Shown here one piece after another: positions 50,244 to 62,639 of a stretch of DNA of 64,000 nt. The DNA is from Haplodiscus bocki. Its lineage: Eukaryota. Each line of letters begins with the position of its first letter. Within the stretch, counting starts at the first letter, position 1. Both the position numbers and the translations under genes were made by a program. The notes under the pieces were generated by a model. That model was not told the DNA's origin. It worked only from the letters and a program-made list of their open reading frames with translations, and ran no database searches. The stretch lies in NCBI GenBank assembly GCA_965655095.1, contig OZ296649.1:51832001-51896000 (forward strand), given 5' to 3'.

Positions 50244-50579
50244 ATGATTTTGATTCTATCAATTGTAGTAGCTTCGGAATTGCTAACACTAGATGACGAA
50301 GGAACCGAAGCAAAGCCCAGAGACATCCCAACTCCTAAATCACAGGGAGAAGAATGTTCAAAGCAATTGGAATTTTATTGTCTCAGTGGTGGCACATGCT
50401 TATACATTCCAGATGAAAGCGTAGCAGCATGTGTATGTGATAATGTGTATGCTGTTGAACCATGTGAAAAATGCACTTACAACTTAGTCGCACATCCTAA
50501 AGACCTCGAAATAAATTGGATTGGCAATTTCGAAAATCTCAAAACAGGTTTTGACAGGAAGTTCGATACACGATATTAA
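50244..50579 (+). CDS. Polinton 2 EGF-like growth factor (short hydrophobic N-terminus plus EGF domain)
   Basis: MILILSIVVAS...CSKQLEFYCLSGGTCLYIPDESVAACVCDNVYAVEPC, exactly CX7CX5CX10CXCX8C. Confidence 0.88.
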   Translation: MILILSIVVASELLTLDDEGTEAKPRDIPTPKSQGEECSKQLEFYCLSGGTCLYIPDESVAACVCDNVYAVEPCEKCTYNLVAHPKDLEINWIGNFENLKTGFDRKFDTRY

Positions 50580-51654
50580 AAGTTGATAATTGGAAATGCT
50601 TGCCTGTCCCACTGTGTTCCGTGAAAATTCAAATAATATTCCCAAATTACGTCGGTAGTCTTTGCCATCAACTGAATCCGCTTAGTCGTATCGATCAACT
50701 CCAAAATCGTATTTAACAGCCAAGAATTTCACTGTTGTCTAGCTCCTCAAATATTTATCGGCTCGCCCACATTGTTCATGGAACGACTTGTTTAAAAGCC
50801 GCACATTTCGAAGAAATAGCAACAGGAGACATTTGTAAATGTCGACATAGCTGTGGACACTTGTATCATTCATGATGCGGAGCGAGTCGTGTTCAAAATA
50901 TTGTCAACTGAATACTCACAGCTGAATTGTTGAGTGAAAAGGAGAGAAATTACTCGTGATTTTGATTGGACTGGATTTTGATGAAACATCGGAATTTCTA
51001 CTTGAAAAGTGATTGGTTAAATATGATAACATTATTGCCTCGCATATCTCAGCTATTTCATCCCGATTAACTTCGAAAAATAAGTTAACTGCATTGTCAG
51101 ACGGAATCGGCTGAGAGTAAACCTTTTGTCAGTCCAATGCGAACGTTTCCAAAACGACTGGCTTGGACGATGTTAGAGATACAACATTGTAATAGTCGTT
51201 GAAGGATTCCATCACAAAGGTCAACAATGTGTCATCGAAAAAACTATCTCTCGGGGGCGCCAATTTTCAGCAGAACATTTTACTGAAACCTCCGTCAATT
51301 AACATTTGCTTGGCGAGGACACAAGAAACGTACCTTTGGCTCACCAATAAAATTCACGGGTTGAACTGGGACGGGTGCTACTGTGATTAACAAGTTTGTG
51401 TTCAGCTTTTTTATTTCGCTAAACATTCGACTCCTCAATCGAGCTGTTTATACTAAAGGGAGCTAGAACTGTACTTTCCTCAGACACTTTGTCAACGTTA
51501 CTGATCTCGGCTTGTGGTTTGTTTGGAAGCTTCTCAGTTCCAGCAACATTTTGTTCCGATTTGTTTCATTCACCTGTTCTCAGACTTCTGCATACCATTG
51601 CGTATGGAACCAAGTCTACTCATTTTATAGCGAGCTTTTTGATCACCGAGAGCA

Positions 51655-52017
51655 AAATGCCTGCAGTTGCCCGAACAAAGGCAGAAACGGGGACTCCCTG
51701 TGCTCAATTTTACCTCTGATTTTGAATTTTTGTCTATTGACGCACAATGCGAACCCTTATTTAATCAAAGAAGAATACAAGCTATTGGGTGGGGTGAAAT
51801 GTTGTGGAAGGCTGTTATCCAGTTCAATTTACGTGAGTTCGGTTCATTGAAAACCAGCCTAGATGCCATTGATTATTCTGTTGAATTTACTTTTCCCGAA
51901 ATACTCGTGACAATGAATGATCGTATAAAACAGCTGATGGAATCAAGCAACGTCAAACCCCTGAAGCTACCCCTTAAATACTGGCAACTTATAATATGGA
52001 AGGTATCTACGAGCTGA
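51655..52017 (+). pseudogene. Polinton 2 conserved hypothetical (EYKxxGG)
   Basis: Homolog of 16676-17199. Confidence 0.6.
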
Positions 52018-52232
52018 GACTAACCCAAAAAACTCGACGAGCTGGGAGGCGATGACCTAGTTGAATTTGCCCAATATGTTTCCTCAATGATGTCACAGTC
52101 AGTTCAGTATAGAATAAAACTTCTACTATTTGATGACTTTATTACTTGTATTTTGTGAACCTATTCTGTTCAGAGATTATTCAAATATAAAACACTTCTC
52201 AGGTTTAAATCTTTCAGAATTTTTGAAAAAAT

Positions 52233-52510
52233 TGGACGAGCATGTAGTTTATACAGCAACCGCAGTGGGAGATGAACAAATGGTGTTCGACACTGACCAA
52301 AACACGTGGATTCCCTGGAAGTTTGGCAACGAAAGGACGTTAGCACGGTCGGAAGCCGACTTTTTTCACTAAACCCGCTTTTATTGGTGCTTTAGTTGCC
52401 ACATGCCTGCTTAATTTATCTCTTAACGACCTCGCTTGCTAAGATAAAACATTTTGGGTGTCACTTGTATCTGCAACGGTTGGCTACCTTGTACTAAACC
52501 CATGCCTTTC
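52233..52510 (+). pseudogene. Polinton 2 small predicted membrane protein
   Basis: WIPWKFGNERTLARSEADFF/...FWVSLVSATVGYL. Confidence 0.65.
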
Positions 52511-52525
52511 AATATTATTATCTTT

Positions 52526-53217
52526 ATGAACGATGGCTTTTTTATGTCAACAGTGAAACCAGGGGAATCCTGGAAAACTGAATGGATTTTTTCAATGCTG
52601 ACTTCGGAAACCACATCTTACCCCACAATAGGGAAAACGCACTATTTTTATGGAAAATACCAACCTGTTTTTACTAGAAATCCAACGAAAGTTAGTTATT
52701 AATATCGTCACATTTCTTGACTGCGAAATGACAATCAATTGAGAAAACATCCTTCTTGTTTATGACGACTCCTGCGATGAGATAACCAAGAAAGATACTT
52801 TTTTAAGTTAGTAGTAGCTGAACGTCATCCGAGGCTGTTGTATTTTCGTCAAGCATAACTTGTTCCTACAAAGCAATTGGTCTCGCACTACAAGTCTTAA
52901 CACGACTCATATCAATTTGTTCAAATATCCGCGTGACTTTCAACAGATTGACCCTTTTGGCAAACAGTTGAAGAATACAAATTTGCTATCCGAATGCTAC
53001 TAGAACAACATTGAAACTTTACAAGAAATTGGTGATTGAGCTCGACCCCAAACCCAATGAGTTTCGGCGCTACATGTTGAATTCTTCTGGGCCCGACCTA
53101 TCTTTTTATCTACCGCCATCACAAGCGAAAGTAACTCTTAATATATATGAGCGAGAGATCTGCGCGTTTAATAAAGCAGAGGCTAAACAAATAGAAGGGC
53201 AGACTAGCAACGTTTAA
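52526..53217 (+). pseudogene. Polinton 2 packaging ATPase
   Basis: Degenerate Walker A KPGESWKT, ILLVYDDSC, FVKHNLFLQSNWSRTTSLNTTHINLFKYPRD. Confidence 0.88.
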
Positions 53218-53224
53218 GGGATCA

Positions 53225-53470
53225 ATGAAAACATAATGACATCAATTCTCATCCGAGTGTGTAGTGAACATTTTGAACGGAAATGTTGGGAGAAAGTTAA
53301 AAAAAAAGATACCATGCGAGATGGAACTGAAAAATTTGTGTCAGCATATTAAACCCTATACGAAACGTCGTCAAGTGTTATCTTCAACAAGCGACCTAGA
53401 ACTTTCGCATGTGATCAGTCGTCCTTGCTATCCATATCTATGGGAACGAGTGCTCAAGAAGTTGTCCTAA
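53225..53470 (+). pseudogene. Polinton 2 conserved small basic protein
   Basis: SECVVNILNGNV...KRRQVLSS. Confidence 0.65.
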
Positions 53471-53990
53471 TTCCGGAAGAAAATTACATCAATAAACAGT
53501 CGATTGCTTTGAATACTTTGGATGCTCCCACTTTTCTTGAAATGCAAAACTACTCACGTTGCTTCAACGTCACGTTTGCACAGATAATTCTGACGCAGCA
53601 AAGCAGAAGGAAACAATAGTCAAGGAGAAGGAACACCAAAAACTGCGTAAACTTGACGATCGAATAATGAGAACCCCTTCTTTGTCGAGCTCATAGGAAA
53701 ACGAAAATCTCGGTCGATTTTGAAAAATTCGAAAACTCAGGTATTTCGATAAGTGAAATGAGGAATTGGAAAATTGGTAATAAAATTACCCACTCAGACG
53801 CTACCAGTTTCCTTGACAACCTTCAAGAAAGGAGGAAATCGTGCCTACTTAGACTCTCAAGTGATTTTGAGTGAGTAAGACATTCCACCTCAGTTGGTTG
53901 CAAACTCAGAAGCAAAACGCATGTTGACGGTGGTGACTCGGTCAAAGCCACCGTCAGGAAAACTAAGAATCACATGAGCAGCAACCTAGC
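53440..53990 (+). pseudogene. Polinton 2 conserved hypothetical
   Basis: EVVLIPEENY...DIPPQLVANS. Confidence 0.6.
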
Positions 53991-54030
53991 GAAGGTTTTG
54001 ATGAACCGTCAGCGAAGAAGGGATATCAGC

Positions 54031-54900
54031 ATGTCACCAACTGATCTCAAAACGATCGTCAAATATTACTGTGTCAGGCCAGCTGCTTATGGAAGTGTTC
54101 GAAACCCATCGAGTGACGAAGCTAAGCGAATCATAAATCAAAAACTTCCTACGAGCTACGAAAATGCTCTCATGAATTATAAACAAATGAGAAGAAACTT
54201 CACGCCTCCAAGTTATTCTTGCTCCATAAACGAGGTTTGGTCAATTGACATAGCTCATATGGACAAACTCTCCAAGTGCAACAATGGTGTCGATTATGTA
54301 TTGGTAGCTGTTGATGTCTTATCGCGCTACCTGCGAGTTATACTATTTTGGGCAAAAAACATCAAAGTAGGTAGCAAGAGTTTTCTTAGCAAGATTTTGA
54401 AGCGAAGACCAGATGAAAGTTTGGTCTGATGAAGGCACAGACTTCAGATGGGATTTTCGCGAACTATGCAAAGAAAAAGAATTTGACGCATATACGACAG
54501 ATAGTGAAACCAAGTCGGCTGCAGGAAGGATTATAAGGTCTTGGAAGAATATAATATACACATACTTGGGGGGTACGTGGATCTATCATTACACCGAGAA
54601 GTGTCAGTCTTCTTTTTGACATTATCCTGTTGCAGATTAAACAGACTGACGGGACTGGCACCGAAAAAAATACCCGCAAGAACGTTTCAGATTTGATCTC
54701 TCTAGTCCCTGAACAGTCAACGCGCTTCATGAGTTAACCCAAACCGAAATTTAATGACAGAGTGCTCATAGCAAAGGGAAACCTACCAATTGAAAAAGGC
54801 TACAGAATTTTTGAGACTAACCTTTTGCCATCATCAAATAACCGCATTCAATCCACCAACTTGTGAACACAATCGTAACGAACAAGAAGGAAAAATTTTC
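54031..54900 (+). pseudogene. Polinton 2 rve integrase
   Basis: PAAYGSV, INEVWSIDIAHM, YVLVAVDVLSRY, VWSDEGTDF, SETKSAAGRIIRSWK. Confidence 0.92.
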
Positions 54901-54924
54901 TGGAATTGAAGTTGTTAAGGTAAA

Positions 54925-55770
54925 TGGATGGATTTGATTTTTAGTCCGAGTCCACAGGCTCACTGAATGTTTTCAGAGAAAAGAACATAGCAACCTTTCG
55001 GAATACTTTGACAAATTGAACAACTGGCAGGTGATTGGCGACTTGGATCAGCGGAATTATTTTTACATTTTGGAATCAAAAATTTTACTACAAGATCATA
55101 CTTCATACACTCCAAAACAGCCATTCAAGTTGCTCACTGGCGGCTGTGATGGAGTAGTGGCTCGAGAAAATTAGTCTGACGATGCGGACTTCACAACGTG
55201 TGAATACGGAAGAAATGAAGATTGACTAGAGCCTTTGAAGCAAGGAACAGAAATTTTCAAGCCACTTTTTTCTGCGAGGGACCGAAGAGAGAGTTGTAGA
55301 GCTGGCATGTTTTGCGAAATACCGCGTCAGTTTCATGGATGGTAGCATTTTGAACGTTTTAGGTTCTGAAGGCATTTCATACAACAATAGTCACTGTACT
55401 TTTTTCATTGGTCATAAGAGGAAAGCAACAAAACGGATGTAACCAATTAGCAGCAACTGCCCAACTGACCGAACCTCCCAGCTGAGACAATTATGTTCCT
55501 CGTTTCCACTAATCTTATGGAATAGCAGCGTCTTGCAGGCTTCAAGACACAATTACTCAGAAACATTGAGACTGAAAAACGTTTGTTGAACGGTAACCCC
55601 GGCATTACCTCGAGAACAGCGCTTAAGATTACTTCCGAACTGCAATTCAAAAAACCTTTTGCGAACACAACCGATGAAGTCCAGATAGAACTGGTGATTG
55701 CAACATGTCCCAAATTCTCGTTTGCTGGCAACCGAAGTGGTGCATTAACACTGAAGTTCTTGAAGTTTTG
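54925..55770 (+). pseudogene. Polinton 2 minor capsid protein
   Basis: QLAGDWRLGSAEL, FLVSTNLME, SELQFKK...EVQIEL...LTLKF. Confidence 0.78.
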
Positions 55771-55967
55771 GAGACGCAAATATATTATCGACGTGAAGCT
55801 ATATTTCTGCTTCTCGTAAACGATATAAAGGATTTGGACCCTTGGAAGCTGCAGTTGGAAGGGTCGCAATAACTTTTGAGAAAAAAGTACTGCTTCTAGC
55901 AGTTAAATCTGTCGGAGATGTGCTACCTACAGAGTCTACCTGAAATAGTGGAGGTTGCAACTAGGAA
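55770..55967 (+). pseudogene. Polinton 2 basic core/pVII-like protein, truncated
   Basis: GFGPLEAAVGRVAITF/KKVLLLAVKSVG...QSLPEIVEVATRK. Confidence 0.65.
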
Positions 55968-56600
55968 AAGTTTTATCAGATATCCGTCAGAATTCCATAA
56001 ATATTGAGGATGCAGAAGATAACAAGAAAACAACACGAGATAGCTTTTCTGCGGAGAAAATTAATGTTGGAAAACGTTTATATGGCCATCGAAAACTTTC
56101 TGACGAACAAGTCCTCCTTGTACTGGCTCACAGAAATCATGCCCAAAACGTTTCTGGTTACTACTGACAGTAACAACTAGAACCATGAGGATATTTTGCA
56201 ACGAGAACCAATTCGACATTTCGCAATCGCAATGACAAGAAATGAAGCCGAGTTGCGAACCAAGCAATTAAATCCCTCTCACTTCCGGAAATTCAACTTG
56301 AGTTCTATAATCATCTACCGCAATGGTTGTCCAGTAGCAGGAACAGTTGATGATCAAAAAATCCCACCTGAACACACTTGAAGCTTTGGTTTTTGAAAAC
56401 CACGGTCACGGTGCTCCGTTTGCCTTTTTTGCTGATCGTTGTATCCTTGTATTCTACCTAACAAGTACTCAATAGTGTAATGGTTTATTGTACCCACAGC
56501 TATTACATGCAGCGGTTTCCGTCAATATGAATTTCTCGCAACAACTGATAGAAATCATTGGAATAGTTTTCCTGGCGAGAAATCTTTGTTCATATTCCAA
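55968..56600 (+). pseudogene. Polinton 2 major capsid protein, C-terminal part only
   Basis: TEIMPKTFLV, HEDILQREPIRHFAIAMT, NPSHFRKFNLSSIIIYRNG, colinear with element 1 from about 21840. Confidence 0.82.
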
Positions 56601-56850
56601 TAATAGCAATATAACATGGAATGGGTAGCCCAAGCGGGTTCGTCAAAAAAGTAATCGTTTTCTCTACGACACAAAAGCAAACAATGCTGTCCGTTTTTCT
56701 CAGCTGTTTCAGATTTAACAATCATTAATGTGTTAGGGAAAAGTGTTTGGGATAACCATCAGCAGCGTGCACACCTAAGTACCTGTGCAGTCTAGTGCAT
56801 CTACATGTCCAATTGCACTTTCAGTGCTTTCTATTCTTCCATTCGGTTCC
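56600..56850 (+). pseudogene. Polinton 2 adenain protease remnant
   Basis: NHQQRAHLSTCAV*CIY corresponds to NHQLLKPTSNLCGLYSI. Confidence 0.5.
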
Positions 56851-57739
56851 TTTTTGAACAAGAATTGTTGGGCTCCAAGGAACATCATCAGTGGAAACTA
56901 CGGAGTTTTGACCGAAAAGCGAAATAGATTGAAAACATTCAGATTGTCGACTTTCCAAACACTACATGCTTCCGCTACTACACAGGAACTTTGCTCTTCT
57001 AGTCCATCAAGCATCTGAGTTTGTAGATGAGGAAAAAGGATCGGTTGGTATGTAAGAAAACTAATCATTCTCCTCGTCGCTCGAACAGTAGTCTGTTTGT
57101 GTTAATCTCAAACTGTATTCACTTTCCTCTCGTACAGCCTTTTTTATCTAACATGTATCAAAGGAAAACGATGAAGTAATTTTTTTTTTGAAAATAATGT
57201 ATTAAAACGAACCACCAGTTTGACCTTCCAACACTACAGGAACTGTCAAGGTTAGAAGTTGGAATTCGCGACGTTCAGACATTTTTCCTCTGCTTGTATT
57301 AAAAAATTGATGCCTGTTGAACCGTTTTGATTTTCCAATGTTCATATTGGCGTTCTCCATGCTTTCTTTTTCTTCACCATTCGTTCTCAAATTATCGGTT
57401 GATGCCATCAGAAGGGAGAATGTTTTGAAGACAAAAACAGAAATTAATGAAGCTTTTCTTCATGCTTGTCCGTCCAGCCCAACCAAAGCCTGAAATCTCT
57501 ACAGAACTTCTGAAATTTTTACAGAACCGCTAGAAATAGTTAGTAGTGTGTTGATGCATTCACTCTACTATTCTAATGGAAACCAAAAGTCCAGTTTTAA
57601 TTCAGAAACAAAGAAAGAAATCTTCGGAGGAGTGAAAAGAACGAACGGATTTTAAAATTTCAATTCAAGTGCAATCAAAAGGTTCATCATCAAACTCGAA
57701 GATTTTTTTTTCATAGTCCAATGAATCGATTCCACATTC

Positions 57740-58121
57740 GTTCGGTGGGGGTTGAAGTTTACGTAGTTTGGACATAACCTTTCTGGTTGTCGTCGGCTAA
57801 TCTTTTTTTTTTTGTCGGGGATGGGTTTGTCATAGGAATCTTCTCCAAATTGTCAATGATGGCTTGGAATTCGTCTATTGTGAGACCAACTCTCCGATTG
57901 ATCATAGACTCGCCGGAATTGTCCTCTCACTTGAAGAGCTTGATAAACACGTACTTGCCAGTTTTCTTCCAGGTCGTGGCACTGACTCTGACAAGAGCTT
58001 CGCCAGTTCTTGTAACATCAAGTTTCGAGTCACCAAAGTCTTCATCAAATTTTGCAGAGGTCTTCCAGGCATTTTTAAGAACGAAGACTGTTCTTTTAGC
58101 ATGACTAAAATCGAAGTTCAT
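57740..58121 (-). pseudogene. Polinton 2 PC4-like ssDNA-binding protein
   Basis: VRVSATTWKKTGKYVFIKLFK*EDNSGESMINRRVGLTIDEFQAIIDNLEKI. Confidence 0.6.
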
Positions 58122-59369
58122 TGAGAAACGCTGTATCAGGTTTATACGACTGATTGATCGATATTTGGAAGCTGAATTAATGATAAGCTGAAATGATCAT
58201 GTTTATCAAGTTAGGGAGTTAAATCGCCATATGTCTCCTTATGCCCGAAGTAAGATAACCACCAGTATAGACAGAAACTAATGCTTTGTGTCTGGCTAAC
58301 TCGCTTTGTCAATACTGGATTGCTTGTACTTCAGTAAATCAAAGCTTTGAGACGTTGAGTATCAACATCAAAAGATGGGCTGTATAGTCAGCTGCGTTCA
58401 AAACTCTTGATGAACAAATTGTCAAAAAAAGGAATCAAGTCTGCCTCGAAGCGTGAAGGCTCTGCTGATGATCAAAGTGGAAACTACTGCCTGTATAGAC
58501 ATAATCCAATGTTGTTCTTCTGACCCTCGTGCTCTTTTTGATACCATTGCCAATTAGTTGTCATTTCACAGTTAAAAGGCTTCCCAAGTATCAAGATAAC
58601 CTGATAGCGTTCCGTTGTTTAGCTAATTTCATGTGTTTACCTTACTATATAAACTATGCAGATTAAAGAGTGGCATATGCATTCCGATGATCTTCAACAA
58701 AACAACAGTTCATTTAAGAAAACTCAGTACTTCACCAGTGTTTTTCTTCGTGGAAAATGGTAACTACTTCGTACCAAAAACTCATTCTACTCTATCAGGT
58801 CCGCAAAAATGTCTGAGATTTAAAGATTTTAACAAGGAAAAACTCGAACATGTCGCATATTACCCGAAGTTTTTTTCAATGACTTAGTGATAATGGTAAG
58901 AGTCATTTCCAATTGGTCATTAGACAATCAAGTCTACGAGTGTGCCTCCGGGAGTGTTTGAGAAATTGGAAGAATGCCTAAATTCTCTCCATAGCAAAAA
59001 TACCGACAACGAAGTAAATATTAGAACCACCCTTCTCGGAGACGGAATCGAACTATCATCGCCAGGTAGGCGAGTCTTATTCGACCATGACTGTAGGAGC
59101 ATACCATGCTGGCAGATTCAACTAGTACTGCAGGGAATTCGATAAATTCGAAGATTTCTGCAACATTGATAAACTTGAAGCCTGAAATACAAACTGAGAA
59201 GCCTGAAATGCCGTCAACACCGAAAAAAAATCCGTCACTAGTGTAATCAAATTATAGTTAATTCATTACACTTTGATCATTTTTGATATTGATATCTAAT
59301 AAAATGATGAAGTTTTGGCCTTCAAAAGTTCTGAGGTAAAATTTTTTCCAGACGATACTTTTTTCAATG

Positions 59370-61570
59370 AACAGTGTATCGTTCTTAAAATAGCAAGAGC
59401 GATCAAAATTAAATAAAGCACTATTGTCAGTAAAGCTCAAAAACGTACCGAAAATATTGGGAGGACTAGCATTAGTCGTACACTGGAAACCTTCTAAACT
59501 TCTCTTCATGGATTAATGTTTAGCTACGTTTTGAACTGGGATCTCCTTGATCGATGAGATGGCGAGTCAGACTCGAGGGCCATATGAATGTAACGATTTC
59601 AACTTGATGCATTGTAACTGTGAACGAAACCGCCGAGCCAGCTGATGTTTTAAGCTGTTGGGGAACAGTTCTGCTTGAAGTTTGTGAACAGTTATATGCG
59701 TATATCAAATGGGACCAACAAAACCTGTTAAGCATCAGGAGATATATGCTCTTACCAATTTCCATGTAGCATTTTGAAAGATGTTGTTGACCCAAATCAG
59801 TTTCCACGTCGAATCACCTTTCCGACCCAGCTGCAAGCTATCAATTCATTGTTCCAGTTGAAGCAGCCGGTGATAAGAGCCGTCAGCTACAGGTTTCTCG
59901 CGCATTCAGTGTCGTGCATACTAGTAGTTGAAGGAACGTGTAGGCTGCGTCGCATGAACTCTGAATGCATTTCTTCATTTGAAAATGGTATTTCAAAAAC
60001 ACAACTGTAATTTTTCAATCAGTTTTTATTGGTTCAGCTCATAGAACAGAAGTTGTTAGCTGAACAAATTCGGCCTTTCACTGAACAGCAATGCAAGGAT
60101 GAATACTTCATGGCGACGAAAATTAAACAGTGTAATGAAAGTTTTTCAATCATGAAGCGGTGTCATATTTGTTGCAAATTTTTGGCAAATCTTTGAATCG
60201 AATGAGGAAAATTCTTCATAGCCTGAGTGAAATCGAACCTAAACTATTCTATAGTTCATGTGAATTTATTTGTGAACCCTCAAGAGGAATCACCTTTTGA
60301 ACTGCTTCTCGATGCCAACAACTTGTGTGGCGGTGTGACAGAAAAACTACCCGGCCCTGGAAGATTTTCAAAATTTTCTGATTCGCATTGAAGACATCCT
60401 CAATACAAGCATCGATTCCAGCGTTAGATACCTCACAAGGTAGATCTGGAACACTCAGACTAGCTATAGGACTCGTGTAAAGATTTCTTCTTAGCAACAA
60501 CAAAATAGAAAAGTGTCTCAGCTACATTCAACGGAAACTTCCGGAAAAAATGCGACTGAAAGCTGAATCAGCAGAAGTTATTGCGTTTACTCAATGAGAA
60601 CTTCAAATACACAGTTCATTGTTTGAATGTTAAGCGTTATGTAGAGCTCGGCTTGATTGTTGAAAAGTACATCAAGTTTTACAATTCGCTCCATCAGTTT
60701 GGCTACGACCATATATGTCACTTGACTAAGCGATATGACACTTATCGGTTATGAAGTTCCATTAAGGATTTTTTCAATTGTTGAACAACAACAGCTGCTT
60801 CATAAACTCGAAAGTGAGCGGAATAGTTCGAATTGATCTGATACGATCAATCGAAGAAGGTCAACGCATACGGATGAATCTTTGATGAAGTCATTCACTA
60901 TATTTGGCGAGTAATTAGCTGCCGTAGCTGTCAAGCTAACAAAAATATTCTGGAACAAGCCAGCTATAGTCAGAGCATGCGTCCTTGATTTAGCGAAGTT
61001 TCACGTGTGTTCTTTTCACTAAAAAGTTTTGAGGAATGCTTTTGATTTTAACTGTTCTCGTATACCAACTCAGTGCTATACGAGTTTGTACTCCCCGATG
61101 TCCAGAAAGAGTCAGCTGAGAAGACAGCAGCGGAAAAGTATTGATTTCTTCAATCACCCTCCAAATCACTCCTTCATGACAATGGAAACATTGGTCACAA
61201 TTTTTTGCCTAAAGACGATATGGGTGGCGAAGAAGTGTTTCTCGGACGCCAGCGGAAAGCCATACTCCATAAAGTATGGAAGGAAGTAAAAACTCTCGGC
61301 CTAAGAAGTTTCTCGGCTCTTATAGATTAATCTCAAACATGCCATTTACTGTAGTGTTTATCGACAACCAACATCATTAGATTTCGTAACATGCCCATCC
61401 GATGGATTGATCATCAACTGGAAACAGTTTCAAGCAGTGTAATGTTGCTATCACCATTCGTTGATGAACGCTTCTTTTCAAATAATCGTATTGACGTTTA
61501 CGATTTGGTCTTCATATTGTGAGAGATAGCAGTGTTCCTTGAAATAATGGAAGACCCTGATTGGGGTGGA
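59370..61570 (+). pseudogene. Polinton 2 pPolB, heavily decayed and with deletions
   Basis: KYTVHCLNVKRYVELGL, WLRPYM, LNNNSC, WNKPAIVRACVLDLAKFH, KPYSI, SPFVDERF. DPDWG matches EHDWG of element 1. Confidence 0.85.
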
Positions 61571-61868
61571 GAAATGTTCTCCAGCCTTGACTGGGAATCA
61601 CTATTATTTAAGGACCCAGTCTTTTCAAAAATATACCCAACAGAACCCCTTCTCGGCCGGGAACTCTCCTTCGAAAGCCTCAAAAACAACGACACTCAGC
61701 CAAATTATGAACGATAGTGGAACTACAGCTGACCTCGGCTTCCATCTAGTTGAATTTACCAAAAACGATTCAGATGAGCAGTGGCTTCTAGATCTAGAAA
61801 CCGACATGAGAGGAACTTTCACTGAAGTCTTCGCAGCCCATGGAGGGTAACTTTCTTTTTTCTCAATA

Positions 61869-62339
61869 AATCGTTACCTTGACGGAGAAGCGACTGATGG
61901 TTGAGGTAATAACGTTTGACTCATGAACAACCGCAACGGAAGAAACGTCATGCTAATGCTTAGTTCCGATTAAGAATATCACTTTTATATCTGGTTCTTC
62001 GGAAATTTCTTTCATCTAGACATATCTTTCATAGATTTGCTTCTTTCGGACATTTTCCTCCCATAACAAACAATAATCACAAGGTGTGATTGGTGGGATA
62101 TAGGAAAGTGGGTAGACACATTCTTCTGATGAGAGTGTATGCACAGTTTCTTGAGCCAGCTTGAGCAAAGGCAGTATGTTAAAAGAGTTCCAGTTATTCG
62201 GAAAATCTGAGAGTTAAGACGCTACTGTAGGCACGCCATAGCAAAGATTGCGCGAGGGACGGTGCTTGATCAAGAAATAAGTTTATTTGGCTCGGAGAAA
62301 ACAAAACTTTCTCAATATTTGTTACACTGCACATTTTAA
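61869..62339 (+). pseudogene. Possible SOCS-like gene (degenerate SH2 plus SOCS box) in Polinton 2
   Basis: C-terminal VPVIRKI*ELRRYCRHAIAKIARG...KTKLSQYLLH fits the BC-box LxxxCRxxI and a terminal L..YL. Upstream MLMLSSD*EYHFYIWF..FHLDI is weakly SH2-like. Confidence 0.45.
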
Positions 62340-62639
62340 GTAGTCAATAGTTTAGAAACGAAGAAATTTTTATCGGCTGAGAAGCAGCTCCAATTGGTCG
62401 TGTCACAAAAGACAGTAGAAAAGGAAAAATATTAAAGAAGTGATGCGGGATAAACAATCATTTACAAAGTTACGAAGTAAACTTAGATATAAAACCACTA
62501 GTACGTGGGCAAGCTTCCCTGATAGATCTTTATAAGCGATTCGAACGGTTCCAACCCCCATTTTTTGGGGGGGGGGGACCTGTACATGCCGGAATTTGCT
62601 ATGGGAAACAGCGAAATAAATTCTAGAAACAATTTGTGG

